64,000 nucleotides of DNA from an uncultured Spirochaetota bacterium (GCA_963734545.1 CAVTHO010000001.1:27943-91942), one strand, 5' to 3'. Numbered from the stretch's first letter, positions 51,784 to 64,000 are shown. Made by a program: numbers and translations. The notes: generated by a model from the letters alone, not told the origin.

Positions 51784-51849
51784 AAAGTCGCGAATGGGAG
51801 CGAGAGAAAGCGCGCGTAGTTTTCCGCGATTCCGCGCACGACTGTTTCG

Positions 51850-51878
51850 TTGACTCCTCCAAAATCGCTGAGTATACT
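51850..51878 (+). promoter_or_regulatory. sigma70-type promoter of the atp operon
   Basis: TTGACT, 17 bp, TATACT, ending 9 nt before the atpB ATG. Confidence 0.75.
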
Positions 51879-51887
51879 CTGCATGCC

Positions 51888-52628
51888 ATGGAGACTTCCG
51901 GACAGCACTCAGTCTTCTCCGTTGCCGGAATCCCCGTCACCAACACGCTCCTGGCAACGCTGGTAGTGGACGCCGTCATTCTTCTCGTCGTATTCGCTGT
52001 TCGACGAAGGCTCTCGCTGGTGCCGGGAAAGCTGCAAGGGTTCGTGGAGTCCGTCGTGGACTACCTGCACACCACGACCGAGCAGGTGGCGGGGTCACGG
52101 ACGGGAATGATCTTCCCGTGGGTCGCGGTCTTTTTCATCTTTATCGCGCTCTCCAATCTCATCGGGCTTCTGCCCGGGTTCGGGACCATCGGGTTCCAGC
52201 GGGAGACGGGGTTCATGCCCCTCCTGCACGTGAGCACCGCGGACCTGAACCTGACCCTTGCCCTCGCGGTGGTGTCCGTGGTGGCATCCAATGTGCTTGC
52301 CATCCGACTCCTCGGCCTGGGCACGTACCTGAAGCGGTTCTTTGCCATCAACCCGCTCCTGCTGTTCGTCGGGCTGCTCGAGCTCCTGCAGGAGTTCACG
52401 AAGTTCATCACGTTCTCTTTTCGTCTTTTCGGCAACATATCGGCCGGGGAAGCGGTGCTCGGGACCATGTCCACACTGGCAAAGTTCACGGCATTCATCG
52501 TTCCCGTGCCGTTCCTTGCCTTCGAGATACTCGTGGCAGTCATTCAAGGGATGATATTCGCCCTTCTCACGCTGGCCTTCATGACCATACTTACCGAACC
52601 CCATCACAAGGAGGAAGAGAGCAAATGA
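51888..52628 (+). CDS. atpB: F-type ATP synthase subunit a
   Basis: PGKLQ, NLIGLLPG, TADLN, SFRLFGNI, IQGMIF. Confidence 0.93.
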   Translation: METSGQHSVFSVAGIPVTNTLLATLVVDAVILLVVFAVRRRLSLVPGKLQGFVESVVDYLHTTTEQVAGSRTGMIFPWVAVFFIFIALSNLIGLLPGFGTIGFQRETGFMPLLHVSTADLNLTLALAVVSVVASNVLAIRLLGLGTYLKRFFAINPLLLFVGLLELLQEFTKFITFSFRLFGNISAGEAVLGTMSTLAKFTAFIVPVPFLAFEILVAVIQGMIFALLTLAFMTILTEPHHKEEESK

Positions 52629-52837
52629 ACTTCACATTGAGCGTTTCCGGCGGACTCATCGTGGCAATCGGAGGTTCGATGCCCGGCCTTGCCATCGGCC
52701 TGATCGGCATGAAGGCAATGGAGGCAATCGGCAGGAATCCCGAAGCGTCCGGCAGGATCGTTCCCATCATGGTCCTTGCCATGGCGTTTGCCGAGTCCAT
52801 CGCCATCTACAGCCTGATCTTCGCGTTCCTCCGCTAG
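52625..52837 (+). CDS. atpE: F-type ATP synthase subunit c
   Basis: PGLAIG, IGRNPEA, FAESIAIY. Confidence 0.92.
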   Translation: MNFTLSVSGGLIVAIGGSMPGLAIGLIGMKAMEAIGRNPEASGRIVPIMVLAMAFAESIAIYSLIFAFLR

Positions 52838-52852
52838 CCGGCAGGGGCACCC

Positions 52853-53359
52853 ATGGAAACCCTCGGGCAGTTCCACCTCAACTGGTTCCATCTCGCGGCC
52901 CAGGTGGTCAACTTCCTCATCATCGCCTGGATCCTGAACCGCTTCCTCATTCGCCCCCTCATGGCGAACATGAAGGCGCGCCGGGAGAAGATCGCTCAGG
53001 GACTGGAAGACGCGGAAAAAGCCCGAAAGGCGCTGGAAGAGGCCGGAAAAGAGCGGGAGAAAATCCTGCAGGACGCCTCCGCGGAGGCTTTTCGTCTTCT
53101 GCAGAACGCCCGGGACGAGGCGGAGCGCCTCCGGGTTGCCGCGCTGGAACGGGCCGGCGCGGACGCGGTGCGCCTCATCGAGGAGGCGCGGGGGGCCATG
53201 GCGCTGGAACGGCAGGACATGGAGAAGGCGGTGCAGGGCCTTTCCCTCGAGCTCTCCGGCAAGATCCTGGAAAGCGTCGTGGAAGGACTTTTCAGCGATG
53301 AGGAAAAGAGGCGGATCGTTGCCCGGGGTATCGAGCGGATCGGAAGGATGGGCAGGTGA
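52853..53359 (+). CDS. atpF: F-type ATP synthase subunit b
   Basis: QVVNFLII, FLIRPL, RREKI, coiled coil. Confidence 0.9.
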   Translation: METLGQFHLNWFHLAAQVVNFLIIAWILNRFLIRPLMANMKARREKIAQGLEDAEKARKALEEAGKEREKILQDASAEAFRLLQNARDEAERLRVAALERAGADAVRLIEEARGAMALERQDMEKAVQGLSLELSGKILESVVEGLFSDEEKRRIVARGIERIGRMGR

Positions 53360-53697
53360 CAAGCCCGTTCGTCAGGCTCGCTCTCACTCCGGACGGTGAG
53401 GTGAACGAGACAGTCGCCGCCATGCTCCTGGACCGGCTCACCCGGTCCCAGCTCAAGCGGTTCCTCGTGGCCCTGCGGCAGGAGCTGAAGCGCCGGCGGG
53501 TATACGTCACCGTGGCAGGGGAGCCGGATCCGTCGGTGGGAACAGCGGTCGGGGAGCAGTATCCCGGCCGTGACATCGGGGTGGAAACGGACGAGTCTCT
53601 CGGGGCAGGGGTGCGCATCAGCGCGGGTGACGACATCGTGGACGCGAGCATCCGCGGCTACATCAGGGAAATCATTGGAGATCTCGAGGGCACATGA
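53356..53697 (+). CDS. atpH: F-type ATP synthase subunit delta (short form)
   Basis: DESLGAGVRI..GDDIVDASI C-terminal motif; position in the operon. Confidence 0.8.
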   Translation: MTSPFVRLALTPDGEVNETVAAMLLDRLTRSQLKRFLVALRQELKRRRVYVTVAGEPDPSVGTAVGEQYPGRDIGVETDESLGAGVRISAGDDIVDASIRGYIREIIGDLEGT

Positions 53698-55211
53698 AAG
53701 CTGAAGAGCTGGTTCGACAAATCGAAGAGAAGCTCGGCACGGTCACCGCACGGCCGGCTGTTGCCAACGTCGGCCGGGTCGTGGGCGTCGCGGACGGCAT
53801 CGTGAAAGCGGACGGGCTTTCCCGCGCGGGCTACGGCGAGCAGGTGGAGTTCGAGGACGGCAAGCACGGGCTCGTAATGAACCTGGACGAGGACTTTGCC
53901 TCGATCCTTGTCCTGTCGGAGAACACCGATATCCAGGAAGGGATGGAGGTCCGGGCCACGGGCACCCAGCTCTCCCTGCAGGTGTCGGAGGACCTTCTGG
54001 GCCGGGTCATCGACCCCTTCGGCGCTCCCCTTGATGGCAAGCCGCTCAGCGTGAAGGGCGGCTCGCTCGTTCCCCTTGAGCGCATTGCCCCGGGGGTCAC
54101 CAAGCGCGCGCCCGTGGAAGTCCCGCTCAAGACAGGAATCAAGGTGGTGGACGCCCTGACTCCCATCGGGCGCGGCCAGCGCCAGTTGATAGTGGGAGAC
54201 CGCAACACGGGCAAGACGGCCCTCGTGGTGGACAGCATAATCAATCAGCGCTCCCGGGACCTGGGACTCTCCCAGGTCGTGTGCATCTACTGCGCAATCG
54301 GCCAGAAGCGCGGAAGTATTGCCCGCACCGTGCAGAAGCTGCACGACGAACGGGCCATGGAATACACCATCGTCGTGGCGGCCAGCGCATCCACGCCCGC
54401 CGCGATGCAGTACCTGGCGCCCTTTGCCGCCTGCGCCATCGGGGAATACTTCATGGAGCGGGGCCAGGATGCGCTGGTGGTCTATGACGACCTGTCCCGG
54501 CACGCGTGGGCCTACCGGCAGATATCGCTGCTGCTCAATCGGCCTGCCGGGCGCGAGGCGTATCCCGGGGATATCTTCTACCTGCACTCGCGCCTGCTGG
54601 AGCGCGCGGCCCGGCTTTCCGTCAAGAACGGCGGCGGTTCCCTGACCGCGCTGCCCATCATCCAGACCCAGGCAGCGGACATCTCCGCGTACATCCCGAC
54701 CAATGTCATCTCCATCACGGACGGCCAGATCTACCTGGAGACAGATCTCTTCAATGCAGGGATCCGCCCTGCCGTGAACGCGGGCCTCTCCGTGTCCCGC
54801 GTGGGAGGCAAAGCCCAGTCCAGGAGCTTCCGGCAGGTGTCAGGCCTGCTCCGGCTGGAGCTGGCCCAGTACCAGTCGCTGGCTGCCTTCTCCCAGTTCG
54901 GATCTGACCTGGACGAAGCCACGCAGCGGCGCATCACGCGCGGGAAGCGCATCGTCGAAATTCTCAAGCAGCCCCAGTTCGCTCCGCTGGACGACCTTAC
55001 GCAGACAGTGAGCATCCACGCGGCGGGAGCCGGGCTCCTGGACGACGTTCCCGTGGAGCAGGTGGCGGAGTTCGAGAGACGGGTGATGGACCATCTGCGC
55101 ACCGGGCATGCCGAGTTGTGCGCCACCCTGGCCACCGGCAAGAAAATGGAGGACGCGACGCTGGCGGAGCTGAATGCGGCCATCTCCGATCTTGCCAGGA
55201 CCCTCCGGTAG
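53694..55211 (+). CDS. atpA: F-type ATP synthase subunit alpha
   Basis: GRGQRQLIVGDRNTGKT, GREAYPGD, SITDGQI, SVSRVGG. Confidence 0.97.
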   Translation: MKAEELVRQIEEKLGTVTARPAVANVGRVVGVADGIVKADGLSRAGYGEQVEFEDGKHGLVMNLDEDFASILVLSENTDIQEGMEVRATGTQLSLQVSEDLLGRVIDPFGAPLDGKPLSVKGGSLVPLERIAPGVTKRAPVEVPLKTGIKVVDALTPIGRGQRQLIVGDRNTGKTALVVDSIINQRSRDLGLSQVVCIYCAIGQKRGSIARTVQKLHDERAMEYTIVVAASASTPAAMQYLAPFAACAIGEYFMERGQDALVVYDDLSRHAWAYRQISLLLNRPAGREAYPGDIFYLHSRLLERAARLSVKNGGGSLTALPIIQTQAADISAYIPTNVISITDGQIYLETDLFNAGIRPAVNAGLSVSRVGGKAQSRSFRQVSGLLRLELAQYQSLAAFSQFGSDLDEATQRRITRGKRIVEILKQPQFAPLDDLTQTVSIHAAGAGLLDDVPVEQVAEFERRVMDHLRTGHAELCATLATGKKMEDATLAELNAAISDLARTLR

Positions 55212-55216
55212 CGGGA

Positions 55217-58006
<2,790 letters not shown>

Positions 58007-58097
58007 AGGGAATCCGCGGCCGCGCTCGCTTGACCAATGGCCGGCGCCGACGGATATTGAAAACGGATAGTATGCAAGAGGAAAGAGGGGGCAGACC

Positions 58098-58802
58098 TTG
58101 AAGAACCAGGGCAGCATGAAAGAGCTTTTCGACCTGTCGCAGCCTGAAGTCGCGGAGGCAATGCGGCTGCACCTCCTGGGAGACCGGGAAGGGGCGGGAG
58201 TGGCGTTCGAGAAGCTTCTGGCAAAGGATCCGAAGAACTACTTCTATCACTACCTCCTGGGAGAAGCAAAGTACGCGACGGGCCGGCTGGACGAGGCGGT
58301 ACGGCACTACGCTTCCGCGATCGAGCTGAAGCAGGACTTCGGAATCGCCTTCTACAAGATGGGCGTCTGCCACTATCGCATGGGACAACTGGAGAAGAGC
58401 CTGGAAAGCTTCTCCACCCTGCTCAAGATGAAGGGGCAGGGCCACGTCATGGCCAGCTATTTCTTCGGTCTGATCAACCAGTTCCTCGGCAACGATGAGG
58501 AGGCCGAAGAGGGGTTCCGCATCCTGCGGGGAGAATCCCGGCAGTCACTCATTGCCAACTACTACCTGGCCCAGCTCAAGCTCAAGCAGAACAAGCACCA
58601 GGAGGCGCTGGAGCTCCTGGAGGAGCTGCTGCGGGCCACACCGCATCTCGCCGAGGCCCACTACCTGAAGGGCATGGTGTTCATGGGACTGCACAGGAAC
58701 ATGGATGCCATCGGCAGCTTCAGAAAGACCCTCGAGCTGAACCCCCACGACAAGCGCGCCCGGGGCAACCTCGAAATGCTCACCGAGGTTCCCGAGCCCT
58801 AG
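58098..58802 (+). CDS. Tetratricopeptide repeat protein
   Basis: Multiple TPR units (AHYLKG...FRKTLELNP); start 58098 or 58116. Confidence 0.85.
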   Translation: MKNQGSMKELFDLSQPEVAEAMRLHLLGDREGAGVAFEKLLAKDPKNYFYHYLLGEAKYATGRLDEAVRHYASAIELKQDFGIAFYKMGVCHYRMGQLEKSLESFSTLLKMKGQGHVMASYFFGLINQFLGNDEEAEEGFRILRGESRQSLIANYYLAQLKLKQNKHQEALELLEELLRATPHLAEAHYLKGMVFMGLHRNMDAIGSFRKTLELNPHDKRARGNLEMLTEVPEP

Positions 58803-58808
58803 CACGAA

Positions 58809-60209
58809 ATGAAAGACAAAGAGAGCTTCCGGGTCGAGACCGACAGCATGGGGGACGTGAAGGTCCCCGCGGGCGCCTACTGGGGAGCGCAAACCCAGCG
58901 GGCAGTGGAGAACTTCTCTGTTTCAGACCTGCGCATTCCCGTCCCTCTCGTGCGCGCGCTCGGCCTGGTGAAGCAGGTGGCGGCAATCGTGAACGGGGAG
59001 CTGGGGCTGCTCGAGCCGAAGATTGCGGACGCCGTGGGCCGGGCAGCGGCCGAGATGGCGGAGGGAAAGTGGGACGCACATTTTCCCATCGATGTCTTCC
59101 AGACCGGTTCGGGCACCTCGTGGAACATGAACGCCAACGAGGTGATTGCCAACAGGGCAAACGAGCTGCTGGGCTCCCCGCTCGGCGCAAAGAAGCCCGT
59201 TCACCCCAACGACCATGTGAACAGGGGGCAGTCTTCCAACGATGTGATCCCCACGGTGATCAATATCGCGGACCGGATCCAGCTTGACGGCTGCGCCGCG
59301 GCGCTGGACAGCCTCCGGCAGAGCCTTGCCCGCAAGTCGGATGAGTTTGCCAGGGTGTTGAAGATCGGCAGGACCCATCTTCAAGACGCGGTTCCCATGA
59401 CCCTCGGCCAGGAGTTCTCGGGGTATGCGCGCCAGGTGGAGAAAGCGCGGGAGCTGCTCCTGCGCTGCGCGCCCGGGCTGGAGGAGCTTGCCATCGGCGG
59501 CACGGCCATCGGCACGGGCATCAACACGCATCCGGATTTCGCCCGGCGCGTCACCGCGGGCATTGCGACCCTGACGCGCCTGCCCTTCCGAGGCGCGGGG
59601 AACCTGTTCGAGGCAATTGCAGCCAGGGACTCGCAGGTGGAGCTGGCAGGCGCGCTCAACTCCCTGGCCGTGTGCCTCACCAAGATCGCCAACGACCTGC
59701 GCCTGCTCTCGAGCGGTCCGCGGACCGGTCTGGCGGAAATCGCCCTGCCTTCTCTCCAGCCCGGCAGCTCCATCATGCCCGGCAAGGTGAATCCGGTGAT
59801 ACTGGAAATGACAATCCAGGCAGCCGCGCGTGTCATGGGCTCCTGTCTCACGATCAGCATCGCGGGGACGACCGGTCCGCTGGAGCTGAACATGATGCAG
59901 CCGCTCCTTGCGTGGGAGAGCCTGAGCTCGCTGTCCCTCATGGAATCCACGTGCAGGGCGCTTGCAGAGAGATGCGTGCAAGGCATCACCGCGGACGTGG
60001 CGCGCAGCAGGGAATGGATCGAGCAGAGTCTCGCCCTGGTCACCCCGCTCGCGCTGAAGATTGGCTATGACCGGGCGGCCAAGCTCGCCCAGAAGGCGCT
60101 GGCGGAAAACCGCACGATACGGGAAGTGGTGATCTCGGAAGGCATCCTGAGCGCCGAAGAGACGGACAGGATCCTGGATCCGGGCACCATGCTCGGTCCC
60201 CACGTGTAA
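58809..60209 (+). CDS. fumC: Class II fumarate hydratase
   Basis: WGAQTQRA, QTGSGT, HPNDHVN, GRTHLQDA, GSSIMPGKVNP. Confidence 0.92.
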   Translation: MKDKESFRVETDSMGDVKVPAGAYWGAQTQRAVENFSVSDLRIPVPLVRALGLVKQVAAIVNGELGLLEPKIADAVGRAAAEMAEGKWDAHFPIDVFQTGSGTSWNMNANEVIANRANELLGSPLGAKKPVHPNDHVNRGQSSNDVIPTVINIADRIQLDGCAAALDSLRQSLARKSDEFARVLKIGRTHLQDAVPMTLGQEFSGYARQVEKARELLLRCAPGLEELAIGGTAIGTGINTHPDFARRVTAGIATLTRLPFRGAGNLFEAIAARDSQVELAGALNSLAVCLTKIANDLRLLSSGPRTGLAEIALPSLQPGSSIMPGKVNPVILEMTIQAAARVMGSCLTISIAGTTGPLELNMMQPLLAWESLSSLSLMESTCRALAERCVQGITADVARSREWIEQSLALVTPLALKIGYDRAAKLAQKALAENRTIREVVISEGILSAEETDRILDPGTMLGPHV

Positions 60210-60227
60210 GGGAGAAAGAAGGGAACG

Positions 60228-61433
60228 CTGCTGCGCGTTGTCATAGTGGGAAACGGAATTGCCGGCATCATGGTGGCGGCCAGGCTCCGCGCGCTGGAGC
60301 CTGACGAGGCCAGGCTGACGGTGGAGATCTACACGCGGGAGTCCATCGAGTACTACTCCCGGATAAGGCTCCCCGAGATCTTCTCCTCGAGCCTCAGCGC
60401 GGAAGACCTCGAGATCTACAAACCAGGCTGGTACGAACAGAAACACATCCAGGTGCTCAAGAACCAGGACGTGACGCGCATCGAGCCCGGCAGCCGGCAT
60501 ATCTACACCAAGAACGGAACCGCGATCCCGTACGACGAGCTCGTGCTTGCCACGGGCGCGGACAGCTACAAGCCGCCCATCAAAAACGTCGACCTGGACG
60601 GCGTGTTCACGATCCGGGAGTATGGCGATGCGGACGCAATCCGCCGTTATCTCACCACGGGCACCCGGCACGCCGTGGTCGTGGGCGGAGGGCTTCTCGG
60701 GCTGGAGGCTGCCCGGTTCCTGCAGGTCCCCGAGGTGGAGGACGTGACCATCGTGGAGATCATGCCGCGCCTGCTTCCGAAGCAGCTCGATGATGAAGGG
60801 TCCCGGATACTGCAGAGTGTTGTCGAGGGCCCGCACTGCTTTGTGCGGCTGGGCGTGGAGGTGGCTGCTTTCCTGGGGAACACGCAGGTGCGCGGGCTGA
60901 AGCTGGCGGATGGCAGCGAGCTTCCCTGCGAAACCGCCCTCATCTCCGCGGGCATCACCCCGCGCATCGGCCTTGCGCGCGATGCGGGTCTGAAGGTCCG
61001 GCGCGGGGTGATCGTGGACGAGCTCCTCCACACCTCTGTCGAGCATATCTGGGCGGCAGGGGATATCGCGGAGTTCAAGGGCGTGGTGTGGGGAATCATC
61101 CCTGCTGCCATGGACCACGCGCCCGTGGTAGCCGCGAACATACTGGGCAAGGACCCCATCGTCTATCATCAGACCATTCCGCAAAACACGCTCAAGGTTG
61201 CGGGCATGAACGTCACGAGCATCGGCAAGGTCGTATTCGAGAAGGGCGAAGAGACGCGCTTCCAGGTGATCGAGAAGGCGGATGAAACACAAAAGCGCTA
61301 CGAGAAGTACGTTCTGAGCAACGGCCTGCTGGTTGGCTGTATTCTGCTCGGCTCCCGCGACAACTACGGCTTTGCCACGCAGCGCATCGGCAAGCCGGTC
61401 ACCGCGGAAGAGGTGAGAATCAGGCTGTGGTGA
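60228..61433 (+). CDS. NAD(P)/FAD-dependent oxidoreductase (NADH:rubredoxin reductase / NirB N-terminal-like)
   Basis: VVIVGNGIAG, YSRIRL, LATGA, GGGLLGLEAA, AAGDIAE, LKVAG; needs a start upstream of 60246. Confidence 0.85.
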   Translation: MLRVVIVGNGIAGIMVAARLRALEPDEARLTVEIYTRESIEYYSRIRLPEIFSSSLSAEDLEIYKPGWYEQKHIQVLKNQDVTRIEPGSRHIYTKNGTAIPYDELVLATGADSYKPPIKNVDLDGVFTIREYGDADAIRRYLTTGTRHAVVVGGGLLGLEAARFLQVPEVEDVTIVEIMPRLLPKQLDDEGSRILQSVVEGPHCFVRLGVEVAAFLGNTQVRGLKLADGSELPCETALISAGITPRIGLARDAGLKVRRGVIVDELLHTSVEHIWAAGDIAEFKGVVWGIIPAAMDHAPVVAANILGKDPIVYHQTIPQNTLKVAGMNVTSIGKVVFEKGEETRFQVIEKADETQKRYEKYVLSNGLLVGCILLGSRDNYGFATQRIGKPVTAEEVRIRLW

Positions 61434-61704
61434 GCGAGACCGCGCGCTGGCGCCTTCATTCGACGCGCGGAGTGGGTGTTGCGTTTCTTAGTATTAGACT
61501 CTCACAGAGCTATATTCTGCCTGGTATGCGTTGTTTTTTCCTTTACTGTCGGTCCCCGCGGGTGTAAGATGGGTTTTCGTCGATTTACCACGCATCGTCC
61601 CCACATGCGGGCAGTGTGTTGCGGCGACGCCCGCAGCGCTTCAAGTCAGGCGAGAGGTAGGGTGCGGGAGGGATCCTGGGTCCTCTTGCTCCGAGGGGAA
61701 AGCT

Positions 61705-62205
61705 GTGCGCTTTGACTGGTCTTTGCTGGTAGAGGGGACACTTATCCCCATCATCGTCGGAGCCAATCTTGCACTCATCGTCTACACTGCCCGGCTTGCT
61801 CATTCCATCCATCAAAGACGGACTCTGCCAATCGGGAATATGATTATCGGGAATTACGAGGACCTGATCTTCGTTGGTGTGGGCAATGCGGGCATGGCGC
61901 CGATGAGAATCAGGAAGCTCAAGGCAACATATATGAACGGTGTCGCGGATGCAAAGACGATATACAGCTCCATTTTCAAGAACGCGGACGAAATAGAGGG
62001 CAGGATAGTGGCATCCGAAGAGAGACTCACGATACTGTCCTTCGGGTTTGTCCCCGGAAGCAGATACGATGATGAGAGAAGGGCCAGAATCCGGCGCATT
62101 CTGAAAGACATCACGATAGAATTGTGCTACACCGATGGGAAGGAAAAGGTGGAGTACACGCTCACACAGGACTTGTCATTGTTCGGGGGAAGACGTTTCT
62201 TGTGA
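61705..62205 (+). CDS. Hypothetical protein with N-terminal TM helix
   Basis: GAGGGG RBS and GTG 61705; hydrophobic N-terminus; lower GC. Confidence 0.55.
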   Translation: MRFDWSLLVEGTLIPIIVGANLALIVYTARLAHSIHQRRTLPIGNMIIGNYEDLIFVGVGNAGMAPMRIRKLKATYMNGVADAKTIYSSIFKNADEIEGRIVASEERLTILSFGFVPGSRYDDERRARIRRILKDITIELCYTDGKEKVEYTLTQDLSLFGGRRFL

Positions 62206-62232
62206 AGATGCCTGCCAAAACAGGAGGGCAGA

Positions 62233-62898
62233 ATGTCTTCGAATATCAAGACCATCAATCTCGGCGGCGTGAATTGCTACCTTGCAGCTTGTCCGGACGG
62301 GTTTATCCTGATCGACACGGGCTTTATCGGAAAGCGAGCCCTGCTCATCAGGGAGCTTGAAGACGCGGGCTGCAGGCCAGGCAATCTCAAGCTCGTGTTG
62401 ATCACGCATGGAGACAGCGATCATGCCGACAATGCCGCTTTTCTGCGCGCGACGTATGGCGCCAGGATTGCCATGCATGCCGATGATGCGGGAATGGTCG
62501 AACGGGGAGATATGGGCTGGAATCGGAAAGCAAAGCCGGACAAGATGTCGCTGGTAATGAAAGTAATGGCTGCCGTGATGGGCAAATTGCTCAGGACCGG
62601 AAGCTTTGAGAAGTTCACCCCTGATCTGCTGGTCGAAGATGGTTTTAGTCTCTCAGAATACGGGCTCGATGCTACCGTACTGCATCTTCCCGGCCATTCA
62701 AAAGGATCGATAGGAGTACACACGAAAGACGGAGATCTGTATTGCGGGGATCTCTTCTATAACATGCCCGGATTCAGATTTGTCGATAACCAGACAGACT
62801 ACGACAGCAGCGTAAAGAAGCTGAAGGGGCTGGCGGTGCACAAGATCTACCCGGGCCACGGGAAAGCGTTACCAGAGGGTTACCTGCAGAAGCAGTAG
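62233..62898 (+). CDS. MBL-fold metallo-hydrolase
   Basis: IDTG, THGDSDHA, PGHSKGS, CGD, PGHG; GGAGG RBS. Confidence 0.88.
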   Translation: MSSNIKTINLGGVNCYLAACPDGFILIDTGFIGKRALLIRELEDAGCRPGNLKLVLITHGDSDHADNAAFLRATYGARIAMHADDAGMVERGDMGWNRKAKPDKMSLVMKVMAAVMGKLLRTGSFEKFTPDLLVEDGFSLSEYGLDATVLHLPGHSKGSIGVHTKDGDLYCGDLFYNMPGFRFVDNQTDYDSSVKKLKGLAVHKIYPGHGKALPEGYLQKQ

Positions 62899-63542
62899 GC
62901 GAGGGGGGCGTGGCCTAAGCGGCGGCGCCAACCTCGAGGAGCAGGTCTTATAGGTCTGCCGGGCATAACACAAATTGAAGCAAAGTTGGATGGCGACCAT
63001 AGAACATGACCAACAAGCGGGTTATGGCGTTCGATGAGACGCAGCCTAACACGAGCGCAAGAGCAGTTAGCGGTCGCACCCTATAATATGATGTTACACG
63101 GCCTCAAAATGACAAAACGCGCACCTATCGAGAACGGTTGGCTACATCCATATTCATGGAATAGAAGAATCCCGCTTTTGCCGTGAGAGATTTCTGCTGC
63201 CTAGATTGGGCATACGTAGCACTCGAGATATTGAAAACAACACATGGCAGGCTGTTGCCCAACGAAAGGATGAGACAACGGTAAGCCGGATGATTGTAGG
63301 CATTGATGTGCTGTATGCCTAGGAAATTACGCTCCTAGGGCGGTGTGTTGCGCAAAAGAAAACCAATCACGCACAAGCGTGGGCTGCATTTATCTTATCC
63401 GCTGGCGCAGAAGATCGGCGGCCGTTCAGTCGGAATTGACGTTGTATTCACGGTCTACCATTGCTTGGTGATGTGTTGGGACAAAAGGATTTGTGCAGTC
63501 TGCAATCCGCCCACGCAATAGAATGACGTTAAAAGAGAACGG

Positions 63543-64000
63543 TGTGAATGAGCCAAGGACATAGGTTACAAAACATTCTAAAGACATAGGTAACACTTAT
63601 TCTAAGGACATGGGTAACACTTTCCTGCCAAAGGAGGGTGCCAGCCATGCCGTGGGAGGGTGTTACTGTGAGCGAGCAGCGTGAGAACTTGATTCGGGAC
63701 TACGCCGACGGTTACTACAGCAAAACCGAGCTGGCCGAACGTTTCGGAGTTTCGCGTAAGACCGTACATAAGTGGATCAACCGCTTCAAGGCCGAAGGGC
63801 TGAAGGGGATAGAGGAGCTCAGTCGGCGGCCACGTAGCTGCCCCTGGCAGACTGACAAACGGATTGTTGAGGACCTGGTTGCGCTGCGCAAAGCATCTCC
63901 GTCGAGGGGGCCGAAGAAGCTCCTGGGGAAACTGCGTAAGCTACACCGCTTTGTTGAATTGCCTGCGGAGTCCACCGTGGCGCACATTTTGGATCGCCAC
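63543..64000 (+). mobile_element. IS481-family insertion sequence, left part
   Basis: Begins TGTGAA; three GACAT(A/G)GGT(T/A)ACA repeats at 63558, 63583 and 63607; transposase follows. Confidence 0.85.
63647..64000 (+). CDS. IS481-family transposase N-terminus (runs off the window)
   Basis: AAGGAGG RBS; MPWEG...LAERFGVSRKTVHKWINRF...LSRRP...GPKKL...PAESTVAHILDRH. Confidence 0.88.
   Translation, partial: MPWEGVTVSEQRENLIRDYADGYYSKTELAERFGVSRKTVHKWINRFKAEGLKGIEELSRRPRSCPWQTDKRIVEDLVALRKASPSRGPKKLLGKLRKLHRFVELPAESTVAHILDRH

Noticed and set aside
58923-61292. Long antisense ORFs (also 24712-26892, 6013-7971, 47616-49559 and others)
   Set aside because: Shadow ORFs of high-GC genes with clear opposite-strand motifs
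62233-62898. True metallo-beta-lactamase resistance gene
   Set aside because: No signal peptide and altered HxDxDH motif; generic MBL-fold hydrolase
63558-63619. CRISPR or iteron repeats
   Set aside because: Short units within an IS end directly before a transposase

Overview
High-GC chromosomal segment, most likely from a free-living Spirochaetia bacterium (inferred from the archaeal/spirochaete-type pyrH and the lolA-rodZ-rimO cluster). It holds a HisKA_2 kinase / REC-PAS-PP2C / PIG-L operon, a sugar ABC transporter with its own SBP-HK-sigma54 regulator, and housekeeping genes (acnA, pyrH, serA, lolA, rodZ, rimO, uvrD/pcrA, folE2, rplM-rpsI, recX, glmS). A large TCA operon (mdh x2, sdhAB, sucCD, sucAB, gltA) is divergent from a complete F-type ATP synthase operon followed by fumC. 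The right end is lower in GC and ends in an IS481-family element. About a dozen single-base frameshifts interrupt otherwise intact genes, most likely long-read assembly errors. The most striking signals are: (1) an orphan consensus promoter driving a ~200-nt switch-like structured RNA with a strong-SD 15-codon ORF (4623-4892); (2) an F1Fo operon that looks Patescibacteria-like, next to a TCA operon lacking SdhCD, Lpd and the E2 E3-binding domain and carrying a divergent second MDH; (3) a bacterial TPR protein ending in a FYVE/PHD-like 8-Cys zinc finger. All family calls are by eye from motifs; no database searches were run.
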